This document shows, one piece after another, positions 38,177 to 49,109 of a stretch of DNA of 64,000 nucleotides (position 1 is the first letter of the stretch; each line of letters starts with the position of its first letter). Source of the DNA: a virus; the IMG/VR virus record IMGVR_UViG_3300025869_000013, positions 4,253 through 68,252 of that record; one strand, written 5' to 3'. The position numbers and the translations under genes are program-made. The notes under the pieces are model-generated. The model ran no database searches and had not been told where the DNA came from. It saw only the letters and a list, made by a program, of their open reading frames with translations.

Positions 38177-38647
38177 CTATTTATTTTTAATGTATTCTTC
38201 ATACTCTTTATAATTTATTGCTACGATATCTCTCTCTAGTTTTTCAACATCTTCTGTGTTGCTAGGATTTTTATGGGTGTTATACCATATAGAGTCTTCG
38301 TGCGCGTATAATACTCTTTTAATTCCAGGCGTGGAGACGATAAAACAAGGCGCGATATGATCTATTGTCTCCTCTTCGTTTATAACTGTGATCTTACCAG
38401 TAAGCAAAAAACACATGTGTAGATGTTTATGTATAGCACCAACAACTACAGTATCTTTATACATAGTCATCTCTCTTACATAAACACCATCCATGAAAAA
38501 GTGCCTGATAGGCACTAGCTTACTGTCTGTTACTATAGGTTTATCATCTGTTCCAACTACTATAGTATCTCCGTTGGCTATAACCTTTAGATCTTGTTCT
38601 AATCTAGTAACCGCAGACTTAAAATTTCTTGATACACTACCGTCCAT
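38177..38647 (-). CDS. cupin-fold protein
   Basis: HFFMDGVYVRE....VVGAIHKHLH..FLLTG.I.V...APC....PG.KR...AHED, a cupin signature. Confidence 0.7.
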   Translation of the reverse strand: MDGSVSRNFKSAVTRLEQDLKVIANGDTIVVGTDDKPIVTDSKLVPIRHFFMDGVYVREMTMYKDTVVVGAIHKHLHMCFLLTGKITVINEEETIDHIAPCFIVSTPGIKRVLYAHEDSIWYNTHKNPSNTEDVEKLERDIVAINYKEYEEYIKNK

Positions 38648-38671
38648 TATATTTAATTACATACTAGTATG

Positions 38672-38698
38672 ATAGTTACACTGTATAGCGGTTATTTA
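38672..38698 (-). promoter_or_regulatory. putative phage-sigma promoter D (TAAAT-N12-GTGTAACTAT)
   Basis: Immediately upstream of the cupin and internal-protein genes; matches the motif with an exact 12-bp spacer. Confidence 0.68.
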
Positions 38699-39051
38699 CT
38701 GCTATCAAACGTATCGAGGCTTACAGCGAATAACTCGGCTTTGTCTAGGTCGTCGCAAATAAACTTAGTTTCAGCATAATACCCAAGTATAGAACTCATG
38801 TTAACTCTTTCGTCTTTGCGAAATAATATAAAGTTATTATGAACAGCGCTTGCGTTAGCAAGAGATGTTTCACATCTGATAGTTGGAGTATTACTAGTCG
38901 GATTTGTAATCTGCCTTATCTGCCCGATTAACTGAAGATCTTCCCCTTTCTCAAAACCTCCACTAGGGGTTGTAGCAACAGCGTAGGCTGTGTCTCCAAC
39001 TTGGCATGATTCATTTAAAGGTGCTGCGAATGTTAGTGTTATATTAGCCAT
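38692..39051 (-). CDS. tail structural protein
   Basis: Position after the stabiliser; N.S.QVGD..Y and SILGYYAE motifs; ends SSK. Confidence 0.55.
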   Translation of the reverse strand: MANITLTFAAPLNESCQVGDTAYAVATTPSGGFEKGEDLQLIGQIRQITNPTSNTPTIRCETSLANASAVHNNFILFRKDERVNMSSILGYYAETKFICDDLDKAELFAVSLDTFDSSK

Positions 39052-40949
39052 TATGGTGATACTGTTATCATGCTATCTAGGTGTAACCAAACTCTAGCTG
39101 AGTTAGTTATCTTAGGTACATTAAGGTACCCTGTTATAATTATGTTTGGAGAATCGAGAGCAACGTCAACATGAATAGGTTTTACCTTAGGATTGTTAGC
39201 CCCTGTGAAAACCATCCTGTGGTCGTTTGTTACCCCGTTATGAGCTTGGTTTAAAGTTATCGTATGTGCTTTATAAGAAACGCTACTCACCGTTGTGTTG
39301 GCTCGTATACCTGTTCCGGTTACAGCCATGTTTTCTAAAATTCCATGTGAGTTGTTTACCACTAGCGATGTAGAGCTAAGTTGATTTGTATTAACGCTCG
39401 TGAGAACGTCTCGAAATCCCCATACAGAATCATTGTGATTGTTAGAAGCGTTCACAGCTAACGTTTTACCACTACCAGGTGGTATAGTAAAAGAAATCGG
39501 CACTACATCTGTTATATTCTTAGCACAGTTTAACCTAGTAGCAGAGGTTAAATTAACAGCTGTGCTTAACGTCATGTAGTTTCTAGCTGAGGTTCCTACA
39601 TCTTTAATGGTAGTGTTATGAGGTATACCGCTACCAGTAACCCTCATACCAGATTCTAATCTACGGGTTATACTTGGGTCCCTACTTATTATATCAACTT
39701 TTGTAGAAGAGCTTTTAGTTATACCGTTTACGGTTACTACGTTTACTTCGTTGTCCGTGTAGGAGTCTCCAGCAAATCTAATAGGCCTTTTAATAGCTAT
39801 AGTTGCTGGGGAATATGTGTTAAAATCACCGCTCTCCTCTGATAGTGGTGTTACGGTTATCGTGTTTGTTCCGTATTGCTTAATCTGAAGATCTCCGTTT
39901 GAGGTAGGTACTCCACTTTGTAATGTAGAATTAGCTAGTGAGGTTAGTATTATGTTGTAATCAGTAGAACTATCCCCACCAGGTATTTTAATCTGTGTCT
40001 CTTGAACTCCTCCACTACCCGTGTTACCAGCTTTATTTGCGGCGCCAGCCTGAAAGGATCCATTGCTAAAATTATAAAAGTGGTTTGTAGAAGCGTTTTG
40101 TATAGTCATAGTGTACTGGGTATTAACAGCTCCTACAACTGTAACCGTTGTTTCCCCGCCTTGATATCCTATAGGGGATGATACGTTAACACCGTGTATA
40201 GTATTAGTATCAACCGTGTCTATCAACTGCTCCGTGTAATCTATCGTAAAATAATTACCGAAATCACATGGTGTATAAAAATTAGCTCCAGATGGAGCTG
40301 TGTAATAAATGGTAAATATTTTATTATTACCAGTGGTTGGAGTGCTGACGTAACATTGAAAATAACCTAAAACATCCTCGATATCCGCGCTTGGTGTTAT
40401 AGTTGGATTAAGTATAGTGTAACCTGAGTCTGGATTTACAACTAGCTTAAACACTAAAAAGTTCTGTAAATCATTTTGATAGTGTTTGTAGTTTTTAATC
40501 CAAGGCACCGTAGGGCTAGAGCCAGTTTGCTGGTTTGTCACAGTCTCAGCAGATGTAGTTACCGTGAGCGTTGAATTTGGAGAATGTGGATATTGAACTC
40601 TAGCACAAACCCCAGATATATTTTGCGTTACTGGGTTATCCGGGTTTTCGTCTATATCTATGTTTACCGTTGTGTCAGCGTCGAATGTGCTAGAATAGAA
40701 TTCAGCTGTTGCACGAACATTAGCTCCATGTTGAGTGAAGGTGACAGATTTTATTTGAGAATCAACGTTACCCAACACCCACTTATTGCTTGTGAAACTT
40801 GCAGGGTACGCCCCGCCAATCATAAAATTTTCTGGAGTAATAGAGTAGCTAGCCGATATTGGGGTTATTGTTATAAATAAACCCGATACGGTTACTTCTG
40901 TTCCTACATTCACGGTTGTAGTAGGAGTATTTGTTGTCCAGTTTGGCAT
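39051..40949 (-). CDS. tail structural protein (beta-rich)
   Basis: T/S/N-rich; duplicated GM.VTG.GI..NTT module. Confidence 0.55.
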   Translation of the reverse strand: MPNWTTNTPTTTVNVGTEVTVSGLFITITPISASYSITPENFMIGGAYPASFTSNKWVLGNVDSQIKSVTFTQHGANVRATAEFYSSTFDADTTVNIDIDENPDNPVTQNISGVCARVQYPHSPNSTLTVTTSAETVTNQQTGSSPTVPWIKNYKHYQNDLQNFLVFKLVVNPDSGYTILNPTITPSADIEDVLGYFQCYVSTPTTGNNKIFTIYYTAPSGANFYTPCDFGNYFTIDYTEQLIDTVDTNTIHGVNVSSPIGYQGGETTVTVVGAVNTQYTMTIQNASTNHFYNFSNGSFQAGAANKAGNTGSGGVQETQIKIPGGDSSTDYNIILTSLANSTLQSGVPTSNGDLQIKQYGTNTITVTPLSEESGDFNTYSPATIAIKRPIRFAGDSYTDNEVNVVTVNGITKSSSTKVDIISRDPSITRRLESGMRVTGSGIPHNTTIKDVGTSARNYMTLSTAVNLTSATRLNCAKNITDVVPISFTIPPGSGKTLAVNASNNHNDSVWGFRDVLTSVNTNQLSSTSLVVNNSHGILENMAVTGTGIRANTTVSSVSYKAHTITLNQAHNGVTNDHRMVFTGANNPKVKPIHVDVALDSPNIIITGYLNVPKITNSARVWLHLDSMITVSP

Positions 40950-40968
40950 GTTTATTTATATATATTTA

Positions 40969-43900
40969 TTAATCCCAATCACTTCCATCGCTACCGGTAG
41001 AACTGTTAGCAAGCGATATAGTAATAGTACCACTAGCTGATCCACTGTAAGCGGCTGTTGCTGTACCTAATCCTTGAGTAGAAAAATTAGCGGTACTAGA
41101 TACCGTATTATCTCCACTAGGTATTCCAAACCATTTTCCCTCTTTGTCTTTAAACTCAGTTTCCGAAGCTGTTTGTAGATCTGTTTTCATGCTACTTAGA
41201 TACCAACCTTTTTTAGCAACTAAATTAAAGTACTCACCGTCTGTTACGTTATCAGTTTCAGTAACACCTTCATTAGTGTCATCCCAAACACCATTCAGCA
41301 AACTCACGTTGTCAATATCAGTAAACGAAGTTACTCTAGCTTGAGACCCTTCATAGTTCACAGCGTTAAAGCTTTTTACTTTACCACTAGTGTCTCCAAA
41401 TATAGTTGTCACGCTAGATTCATATTGACTACCATAAAAATTATTATAAAGAGAGTTAGTATGGTGCACCCATAAATCTCCATTAGCAAACGTGTAATAG
41501 TCGTTATTTAAACTAACGCCAGTTTGTGGTTGAAAGCTTTTGAAACTTACCCAAGAGTTACTTCTTTCGCTAAAAGATGCGGTGTTAAGAATCTTAGATG
41601 TTAGATTGTACTCTTTAGCCATAGTGTCAAAAGTACCCAACACCTTGCCGCTAACTTGCTTTAACGTAGAGAAGTATCCTTCCATACCTATATCTGATAT
41701 AGGTCTTATACCTTCCCCAGAAAGGGCTAAAACTCTACCTCTATTAACATCTGTAAAGTAAGCTGTTGAAGGTGATACAGCTAAAGACTCGGGGTTTTTA
41801 GATATACCGTAATTACCTACGTATGGAGTTACATCACCAACAGTGGCATTGCTGGATATCAACTGAGGGTTACCATCAGCGTTATATAAAGCGTCTTTAT
41901 TTGTTACACCTCTTAAAACCCTATCTTCGCAGAACATAACAAGTCTAGTATCTCTATTAAGTAGAGCTTGTAAACTTCCATAAACTGGATTCAAGTCTTT
42001 AGTGATCTTTTCTCCCGCGATAAATTGATTTGTCTCGTTTATACCTGAAGTAGAGTTATATATACCAGACCAGATTAAACCATGTTTTCTCCTCTCTTCT
42101 TTAACCTGCTCAGCTAGTACTGTAGAGGCTTTAACTCCATTGTCCATCTGTGGAGCGTTGTAATCGTCTCGCACTCTGTCTGATTCAACACCGTTGCCAA
42201 AGCTCCAGCAGTTGTTCCAAGGTAAAACATGGGAGACATAGGGTAAACCAGGGATGCTCTCCAAAGTAACGTAACTTTGACTTTGAACACCACTTAATTG
42301 TAGCCTTGTTTCTCTACCACTTGGAGTGGTTATTGTAACATAAGTATTACTAGCCGCGTCAAAAGTGCTTGCGGTAATATTAGAATCTGTGTTTATCTTT
42401 AATTTATCCCAGCTAGTTACCGTGTGAGTTGTAGCACCAAGCGTAAAAGTTGAGTTTGTTGGAATAAGATCTTCATCTGTCTCAGATGTTACACCTAAAG
42501 GAATTATATCGCTAGCTTGGTAGTATATATCTATATCTACGCTTTCTTTAGGTTTAGTCTCCCAAACAGCTGGATTACTCACAAACCCTCCACTTATATC
42601 GTTTCCATCGTCATCTATAGTAGTGGGTATTAGTATCTCTATAGCGTCAGCATTTGTACCATCGTGGCGTATAGCTCTTGTTGCTGTTATACCACCTCCA
42701 GAGTTTTGAGTGCCAGTGGTAGGCGTGTACCCGCTTGGGCCACTACCGAATGGTGGGGTAACCTTTATAGACCACTTTTGACGTAAATTATCACTATCCC
42801 ATTGACCGTCTGAGCCAGGGGTTTTATAGTTCCGTATACCGTAATGACCGTGACGATACATTGAGTTAAGATATCCAACGCCTGAAGCACCAGATCCGTC
42901 GTTGAAAATCTCATTATCATTACTATAATTATCTGAGTCACCCGTTATAATATCCCAATTAGAGTGCACCGTATACGGAGTGCTGTCTGGATCGAGTTTA
43001 AATCTAAACTTAGCGCCAGGTCTGTAAAGTTTTTCTATAAAATCTGCTGGTGAGTTACCTGTTCCATTGAAACTAGGATCATACGCTATACGCGTTACTT
43101 GATTAGCCTCCGAGTCGTTAATTTGAGCGAGCTGCTGTCCGCTTGCAAAGGAGGCTCCATTAACAGCCCAATTCTCTGCGTGATCAGTAAAGCCACTCCA
43201 TGAAATATCCATATATCCCCAAGTAGAGTCTACAAACAAACCTCTGCCTGGTTTTGCCATGCCTTGAGTACCACTAGCGCCGGAGGTGCCGTCATCTGAA
43301 GCGTTTGTTAACCAAGAGGTTATTAAAGCGTTTGAGCCAGAACCCGGCTCGTAACCAGGAACATTCACTAACCATCCATCCATATTCCAAACACCTCCAG
43401 AAAATGTTGGAAGTTCGTCAAGGGGGCTCTCAGCACTGTTAGTTCCATCTCCATAATCTTCATGCCAGCGGCCATTAGCGTAAGCACCATCGTAAACGTT
43501 ACCAGGTAAATGTTGCTTTCTACCACTCCAAGAATAAGCAGAAGCTCTATCTATAAAGAATTTACCAGAGTTATTTTTCCAAAAATCTACGCTTTCACTT
43601 CCGCCATCATTTAAAGCAGCGCCACCTGCGTTAGCGTCAAGAATCAAATTGTCACCAGTAACACCTGAAGTATCGCTCCAAGTGTAAGGTGATCCACCGC
43701 CAAACGAGTTAGTGTGCTCAGTGGGATGGTTTACGCTAGGGGTAGTAAACCAAGTTTCACTAGATACAAGAGATGTCGGTTGAGAAAAAACGCCGTCAAT
43801 ATAACAGTTGTTATTTATATACGCTAATTCTTGACTGTTATAAACAATAAAATCGTCACCTTCAAAAGACGTTATAAAATTAGTTACATCAAGATCTTTA

Positions 43901-46479
43901 GCGATCTTAACAAAAAACCTACCGTCAAACTCAGGTCTAGATTTAATAGCTCCTTTGAAAACTTGTAACCTAAGACTATCTATTCTATTTTCATACGTAT
44001 TTGCATCGCCTGCTGTGGTGGCAAAAGCCAAATCGTTGCTTATAGATCCATGTAGGTGGAAAAGTATCTTTCCATTACTCTTTGTTACCTTGTCTACATC
44101 GTAAAACCTAGACTGCGTACCAGCTACGTCATCTGTATCAGAAAACCTAAGCCTAAAATAACTAGTAAGCATAGAGTCACTATCCAACTCTTGCCCAAGA
44201 GAACTTGAGTCGTTGTCAAATATAGATATAACTCTAGTGCCTATCAAAGGATAGCCACCTTCATCTGTACCTATGTTGCTGTTGCTACCGCTGTTATTTT
44301 CAATATCACCGATATGTCTATATAGTGTTTTTATAAAATCTGGAGCTTCATTTTCTATAGCGAGTATCTTGTATTCCTTGCTGCTTGCAACTGGAATATT
44401 GTTACCATGTGCTTTCTTTAAATATAAAAACGTTTCTTCATCAAGTTTATTTCTTTCTGAAGAGGGAAAAGATATCCAAATGTTACCATCAGCAGCGTTA
44501 TACCACCTATCCATAGCTAAGGTGTAATATTCTACCGTGGGTTCTTTAATGTAAAAAGAATAGTACTTAGCCCAAGTCGGAGGAGGAGGTCCTTTGATGT
44601 CCAAAGCAACCTTTAACCTGTTATACATAGGAGCTAAATCAACTCCCACATGTGTGGATTGTTTTGTGTTTGTTAATACAGGTGTCTCTCGACCATATTC
44701 GTCGCTGAAAACAATTCCAACTTGATACTGCCTTAATGACTTTACGCTAGGTCTAGCGCTAACACCAATAGCGCCTACTGGCGTAGATGTGGTTGTTACG
44801 CTCGCGTGAGACTCTTCGTTTACATTGTAGTTTTGTAAGTAGTTTCCATATATAATTCTATTAGCGGATACTTCTTGAGCAAGAGCTACTCGAGGCACAT
44901 TATCCCATGGACGCAAAAGTTGATTAGATGGTACCACTGCGTGAACCATATCAGTTTGCATTTCATATGATGTTACCGTTGGCTTAACGGTTTCAACCGT
45001 ATACACAGTTGGGTTGTTCGTCTCTTTGTATAGTAAATCTATATCTGTTACTCCATAAGGTAGATTCGCGGGTACGTAATTCTCTAACGTTAAATTACGC
45101 ACGCGATTAGCCATACCTTCGTTATAACCATCTTGAGCCGAGTAGTTATACATACCCGGTATAAAAGCTATCTCAGACCAAGGTGCGAAGGTGGAATACT
45201 CTCCATCTTGATATTTATACCTATAGCAAAATCTAACAAATTTATCATCTAAAAACGCTTCTCTAGTGATTAAGTCTACCGTCCAGTCGTTTACTGTTGA
45301 TATTAAATCCGCGGATATAGTAAGAACCTTAAATTCATATCCACTGTTAAAAGCAATCTCTTCAACAGAACTAGTTGTAGACAAAACCTCCAACTTTATA
45401 TCATAAGATCCGCTAGCTGTTGTCGCACCGCTTAAAGCTGTAAAACTAACTATGTCACCCGTGCGAAAGTCTACTGGAAAGCTAAAAGTTAAACCTGTTA
45501 TAACGCTACCGACGGGATACAAGCCAGCCCATATAATAGTTGAGTTTACAATTCCAGATACTGGATTTGTTCGTGAATCAGCAGTGCTAAACGCGCTAAC
45601 CTTTAAAGCTTGTAAAGGTGGTTTACGTATAACGGTTATATCTTTAAGGGCTATAAATCTAGGGTAATCAGTCCCGCCGTCATCGTATGTAATGATCTCT
45701 AAATCATTAGAAGTACCGGGTGTTACCCTAATAAACCTAGTATGATAATCAGCGTTATCCCCTGACGGTAAAGTGGCTGGAACTGCTGATGCTCCACCTG
45801 TTCCGCGGATAGATCTAGTTATATTAATCCTTTTAGGTTCAGTAGCGTTGTCTGTCCAAAAAAGATTGTCATCCAGAATATTTATACCTGTAATAAGTTT
45901 TTCTGGAAAGTTTAAGGTTTTACGGTGTGTAAGTACTAGTGGATTTGGTAGAGGCGCGGCAGCGTCTAATGTCACCGTTGGTGTTCCTGATGGATCTACC
46001 TCTGTGACTTTATACGTGGTGATACCAGCTTCAAATATCATACCAGGTCTTATGGTCTTGGCTTCCGCTGAAGTCACGGTGAAAGTAGAGGCGGTTCCGC
46101 TTAATCCTGTTTTTTTAACCGAGTATATATCTACAAAAACGTATGTAATAAGATTTAAAATAGGATCATACTGTAGAATATAGTCTTTTTTTACATCTCC
46201 TCCACCTGAATTTATAAAATAATAAATCTTATCAGTGGAAGGATGGCTTACAATACCAACGCAAATATCATTTGCATGTGGAGTAGGGTAAATACCTCCT
46301 CCAACAACGTTAGTTATTTTTGTGTTACCTTTTATATTCTGTAATGAACCTACATCTCCCGTGCTGGAAGTTTGTATCTGTACATTTAAAGCGTCTCTGT
46401 ATTCACCAGGTGGAATGACTCTTTCATCAGAGTCTTTATTCATCTTCGCTTTAAGAAAATTACGTTTTAACTCTGCCAT
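40969..46479 (-). CDS. tail stabilisation / nozzle protein (crAss-like, P22 gp10-like)
   Basis: KMNKDSDER..P.GEYRDALN, LFWTD...EPKRIN, RFCYRYKY.DGEYS, NRIIYGNY, GNGVES.R..DDYN, YGIS.NPES, KEGKWF. Confidence 0.8.
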   Translation of the reverse strand: MAELKRNFLKAKMNKDSDERVIPPGEYRDALNVQIQTSSTGDVGSLQNIKGNTKITNVVGGGIYPTPHANDICVGIVSHPSTDKIYYFINSGGGDVKKDYILQYDPILNLITYVFVDIYSVKKTGLSGTASTFTVTSAEAKTIRPGMIFEAGITTYKVTEVDPSGTPTVTLDAAAPLPNPLVLTHRKTLNFPEKLITGINILDDNLFWTDNATEPKRINITRSIRGTGGASAVPATLPSGDNADYHTRFIRVTPGTSNDLEIITYDDGGTDYPRFIALKDITVIRKPPLQALKVSAFSTADSRTNPVSGIVNSTIIWAGLYPVGSVITGLTFSFPVDFRTGDIVSFTALSGATTASGSYDIKLEVLSTTSSVEEIAFNSGYEFKVLTISADLISTVNDWTVDLITREAFLDDKFVRFCYRYKYQDGEYSTFAPWSEIAFIPGMYNYSAQDGYNEGMANRVRNLTLENYVPANLPYGVTDIDLLYKETNNPTVYTVETVKPTVTSYEMQTDMVHAVVPSNQLLRPWDNVPRVALAQEVSANRIIYGNYLQNYNVNEESHASVTTTSTPVGAIGVSARPSVKSLRQYQVGIVFSDEYGRETPVLTNTKQSTHVGVDLAPMYNRLKVALDIKGPPPPTWAKYYSFYIKEPTVEYYTLAMDRWYNAADGNIWISFPSSERNKLDEETFLYLKKAHGNNIPVASSKEYKILAIENEAPDFIKTLYRHIGDIENNSGSNSNIGTDEGGYPLIGTRVISIFDNDSSSLGQELDSDSMLTSYFRLRFSDTDDVAGTQSRFYDVDKVTKSNGKILFHLHGSISNDLAFATTAGDANTYENRIDSLRLQVFKGAIKSRPEFDGRFFVKIAKDLDVTNFITSFEGDDFIVYNSQELAYINNNCYIDGVFSQPTSLVSSETWFTTPSVNHPTEHTNSFGGGSPYTWSDTSGVTGDNLILDANAGGAALNDGGSESVDFWKNNSGKFFIDRASAYSWSGRKQHLPGNVYDGAYANGRWHEDYGDGTNSAESPLDELPTFSGGVWNMDGWLVNVPGYEPGSGSNALITSWLTNASDDGTSGASGTQGMAKPGRGLFVDSTWGYMDISWSGFTDHAENWAVNGASFASGQQLAQINDSEANQVTRIAYDPSFNGTGNSPADFIEKLYRPGAKFRFKLDPDSTPYTVHSNWDIITGDSDNYSNDNEIFNDGSGASGVGYLNSMYRHGHYGIRNYKTPGSDGQWDSDNLRQKWSIKVTPPFGSGPSGYTPTTGTQNSGGGITATRAIRHDGTNADAIEILIPTTIDDDGNDISGGFVSNPAVWETKPKESVDIDIYYQASDIIPLGVTSETDEDLIPTNSTFTLGATTHTVTSWDKLKINTDSNITASTFDAASNTYVTITTPSGRETRLQLSGVQSQSYVTLESIPGLPYVSHVLPWNNCWSFGNGVESDRVRDDYNAPQMDNGVKASTVLAEQVKEERRKHGLIWSGIYNSTSGINETNQFIAGEKITKDLNPVYGSLQALLNRDTRLVMFCEDRVLRGVTNKDALYNADGNPQLISSNATVGDVTPYVGNYGISKNPESLAVSPSTAYFTDVNRGRVLALSGEGIRPISDIGMEGYFSTLKQVSGKVLGTFDTMAKEYNLTSKILNTASFSERSNSWVSFKSFQPQTGVSLNNDYYTFANGDLWVHHTNSLYNNFYGSQYESSVTTIFGDTSGKVKSFNAVNYEGSQARVTSFTDIDNVSLLNGVWDDTNEGVTETDNVTDGEYFNLVAKKGWYLSSMKTDLQTASETEFKDKEGKWFGIPSGDNTVSSTANFSTQGLGTATAAYSGSASGTITISLANSSTGSDGSDWD

Positions 46480-46482
46480 ACT

Positions 46483-47424
46483 TTAGTGTTTGATTTGCTT
46501 AGAGCTTCCTCTAAGTATTTGAGTTAATTCTTCTAATTTAATATTTGAAAGTCTAAGCTTAGCTTTTCTAGTTTCCGCAAATCTCTCTTTCTTGATCTGT
46601 GCTAGTAGCCCTGCTGGAGAATCTTTACGAGCTAACAACACTCCGTAGAGTATATGCTTGTATATAGCTTCTTCAGCTAGTTTAGGTACATAACTTCCAG
46701 CTAAGTTTATAGTAGAGCTTGAACCGCTAGTTGATATTACGCCATCGCTTAAATACCTTAGCACTAAAGTTTTCCCAGCTAGATTTGAGCTAAAGTGAAA
46801 CTTACCCTGCTCTTCATCTATAAAAAACGTGCCATTAGCTTGAGCGTGTTGAGGGTCTATACCGTATCTACCACCAACTAAATTACCGTATTCATCATCA
46901 ATTTGATCAGCATTGGTATTACCTATTTCGTTAACTGATTGTGAATTGTAGTTCGCCCACGTGTCGGATATTTCGTCAGACGTAAGATCTGTGTCTGTGC
47001 CAACCGCGTTAGTGTAAGCGCTCGAATCAGCGGCAAAAGCCCCGTTGTCCGTTAAGGTTGGTGTTATGTCTCTAGGGTTAGAGGTTTTACTTGTAGGGTA
47101 AAGCGTTCTTTCAATTCCGTTTCCATCACTCCACGATACTTTAACGTAGTTAACGTAATCCACAGGCATTACCATAACAAGCGTAGAAGGCACTACGACC
47201 TCCCAGTCTTTAGTTGTCCTTAGAGTATCGTAGCTTAACTCTTGTAAACCTCTAATAGCATGGAATGTTACATCCGCCAAAAGCACACCATCACATAACT
47301 TATTTTCACCTATATACGTAGCGCTAAATGAATCTATAATCTCTTGAAGACTAATCCTAGCATATGAACCATGTGTTCCGCCATCCGCGTAGTACTGGTG
47401 ATACCTATCTATTGTTACTCCCAT
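46483..47424 (-). CDS. tail ring / tubular protein
   Basis: RGLQELSYD, P.DYVNYV.., LVLRYLSDG, VPKLAEEA, AKLRLSN; position next to the stabiliser. Confidence 0.7.
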   Translation of the reverse strand: MGVTIDRYHQYYADGGTHGSYARISLQEIIDSFSATYIGENKLCDGVLLADVTFHAIRGLQELSYDTLRTTKDWEVVVPSTLVMVMPVDYVNYVKVSWSDGNGIERTLYPTSKTSNPRDITPTLTDNGAFAADSSAYTNAVGTDTDLTSDEISDTWANYNSQSVNEIGNTNADQIDDEYGNLVGGRYGIDPQHAQANGTFFIDEEQGKFHFSSNLAGKTLVLRYLSDGVISTSGSSSTINLAGSYVPKLAEEAIYKHILYGVLLARKDSPAGLLAQIKKERFAETRKAKLRLSNIKLEELTQILRGSSKQIKH

Positions 47425-47428
47425 TTAA

Positions 47429-48175
47429 TTACGTGTTTTGGATTTGTGATTCAGCGCCAGACATCTGAGCGGCTGTTTGAGCGAGTCCTACTTTATTCAT
47501 TACTATACCTGATAATTCAAGTATTTTATTCACGACAGTATCTGTCTCTGATTTGTGCAACTCAAAATCTTGCCTAACAGCATCAGTAGGATTATACAGA
47601 GCTTTGTTTTGTATAACAACATATGGCCATCTAACTGTTCTAGGCACTCTAAAACACTCTACTGTAACGCTACTTGTAACAGGGTCTACGCCTCCGTCAT
47701 AAACCTGTATATCTTGCCCAGTTGTTCTACTGTTGCAATAAAAAGGACCTTGACCTGATGTAGTAGCCATATGTCTAGTAGAGTTCTTAAATCTTTGCGC
47801 CTCAAAAACACTAACCTTTTGGCAAGGTTCGTTGCCAGATAATACCATGCCAGTTTGAAACACATCAAGCGTGGCTGACGGGCTAGTTACATCAACCGTA
47901 GCTGGAAACGTATTACCACCTGTGACAGCTGCGAATGATTGAAATGGACCCAGCTTTTGATCAATAAGCTCTCCTATATCTGATTCATCTATCTCATTCG
48001 TTCTAGCTGGCTCAGCTCGATCTCTTTGATTCTTAGCGTAAAAGTAAGATTCAAATATGCTCATCTGAGCTTGGTTTGCCAATAAGTTAAACTCTTGCGG
48101 AGTAATATATCCTCGCTGCTCTTTGTTAGCAAGGGCTAATACTCTTTGATATACTGTGTCTACACTTATTGCCAT
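47429..48175 (-). CDS. head-tail adaptor / ring protein
   Basis: VYQRVLALANKEQRGYITPQEFN..A.QAQ and DFELH.SE; start MAISV at 48175. Confidence 0.7.
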   Translation of the reverse strand: MAISVDTVYQRVLALANKEQRGYITPQEFNLLANQAQMSIFESYFYAKNQRDRAEPARTNEIDESDIGELIDQKLGPFQSFAAVTGGNTFPATVDVTSPSATLDVFQTGMVLSGNEPCQKVSVFEAQRFKNSTRHMATTSGQGPFYCNSRTTGQDIQVYDGGVDPVTSSVTVECFRVPRTVRWPYVVIQNKALYNPTDAVRQDFELHKSETDTVVNKILELSGIVMNKVGLAQTAAQMSGAESQIQNT

Positions 48176-48194
48176 AATTCTTTTTTTGTAGTTT

Positions 48195-48220
48195 TGCAAC
48201 CACCCCGAAGGGCAGTTGCA
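48195..48220 (-). other. UUCG-loop RNA hairpin without a U-tract
   Basis: Minus strand TGCAACTGCCC-TTCG-GGGTGGTTGCA followed by an A-rich leader. Confidence 0.6.
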
Positions 48221-48233
48221 TCACCATTGATTA

Positions 48234-49094
48234 TTAATTTAATCGTTTTTCTATATTGGAGTATATCTCCATTCCCTCATCAGTCTTAAACCAATGTGCT
48301 AAAGCTGAGTACGGATGCTCATCAAAAGGAATCGTCATTAATTTCCGATTATTAGAACCCCATAAAAAGTTTCTTTGATCTCCTGATAATTTTATAATTC
48401 CCATTTCTGTAGCTTTGATACCGAAGTTTCTAAGCATCACGTTATCGTCATTAACTAATTCTAAGAACAACTTAGGGTTTCTCTTAGCATATACTAGTAA
48501 ATCACGTTTAAGCTCCTTAGAACTCATGTCTGCCACTTTAGAGCCAACCTCTACCCTCATAACAGCTTCCGCGGTATCAATATCAAGGTTTATAGCAGCG
48601 TTGAGCGCTGTAACCTCTAGTTTAATCATATCAACTTCACTTTCCGCTCTCATAGAAGGTTTATGTTCATCGAATATCGCGCCTCTCCAAGGGTGATATA
48701 GGGACAGAAGTTTTTGAAGAACAACTTTATTCCTTGGTACCATCAGCGTGCCATTTCTAAATATAATATGCTCTAGTCTTTGATCGCCATTCATTTCGTC
48801 CACAAAGCAAGTTACTTGATTTGAACAGTATTTCAACTCTCTTTCGTAACCTTTTTCTTCATCAAACCAATGTATATTAGTACCCTTTATCATTTTGGAC
48901 AAAGGTGTTTTACCTTTTAAGTGGTAAACCCTATCTTTTATTTCCCACCCATCTTGAGCTTTTGGGTATTGCTTTTCAACTCGCTTTGGTTTTGGTTCTA
49001 CATAAACTTCTTCATGTTTTTCCTCAACCATAACTGGTTCTTCTATTAAAGGTTCTTTTACAACCTCTACTTTTTTTGTTTGCTTTTTAGCCAT
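48234..49094 (-). CDS. conserved virion-morphogenesis protein downstream of the major capsid gene
   Basis: Position after the MCP; KELKRDLLVYAKRNP, WFKTDEG. Confidence 0.6.
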   Translation of the reverse strand: MAKKQTKKVEVVKEPLIEEPVMVEEKHEEVYVEPKPKRVEKQYPKAQDGWEIKDRVYHLKGKTPLSKMIKGTNIHWFDEEKGYERELKYCSNQVTCFVDEMNGDQRLEHIIFRNGTLMVPRNKVVLQKLLSLYHPWRGAIFDEHKPSMRAESEVDMIKLEVTALNAAINLDIDTAEAVMRVEVGSKVADMSSKELKRDLLVYAKRNPKLFLELVNDDNVMLRNFGIKATEMGIIKLSGDQRNFLWGSNNRKLMTIPFDEHPYSALAHWFKTDEGMEIYSNIEKRLN

Positions 49095-49109
49095 AATATA
49101 ATATAATAA

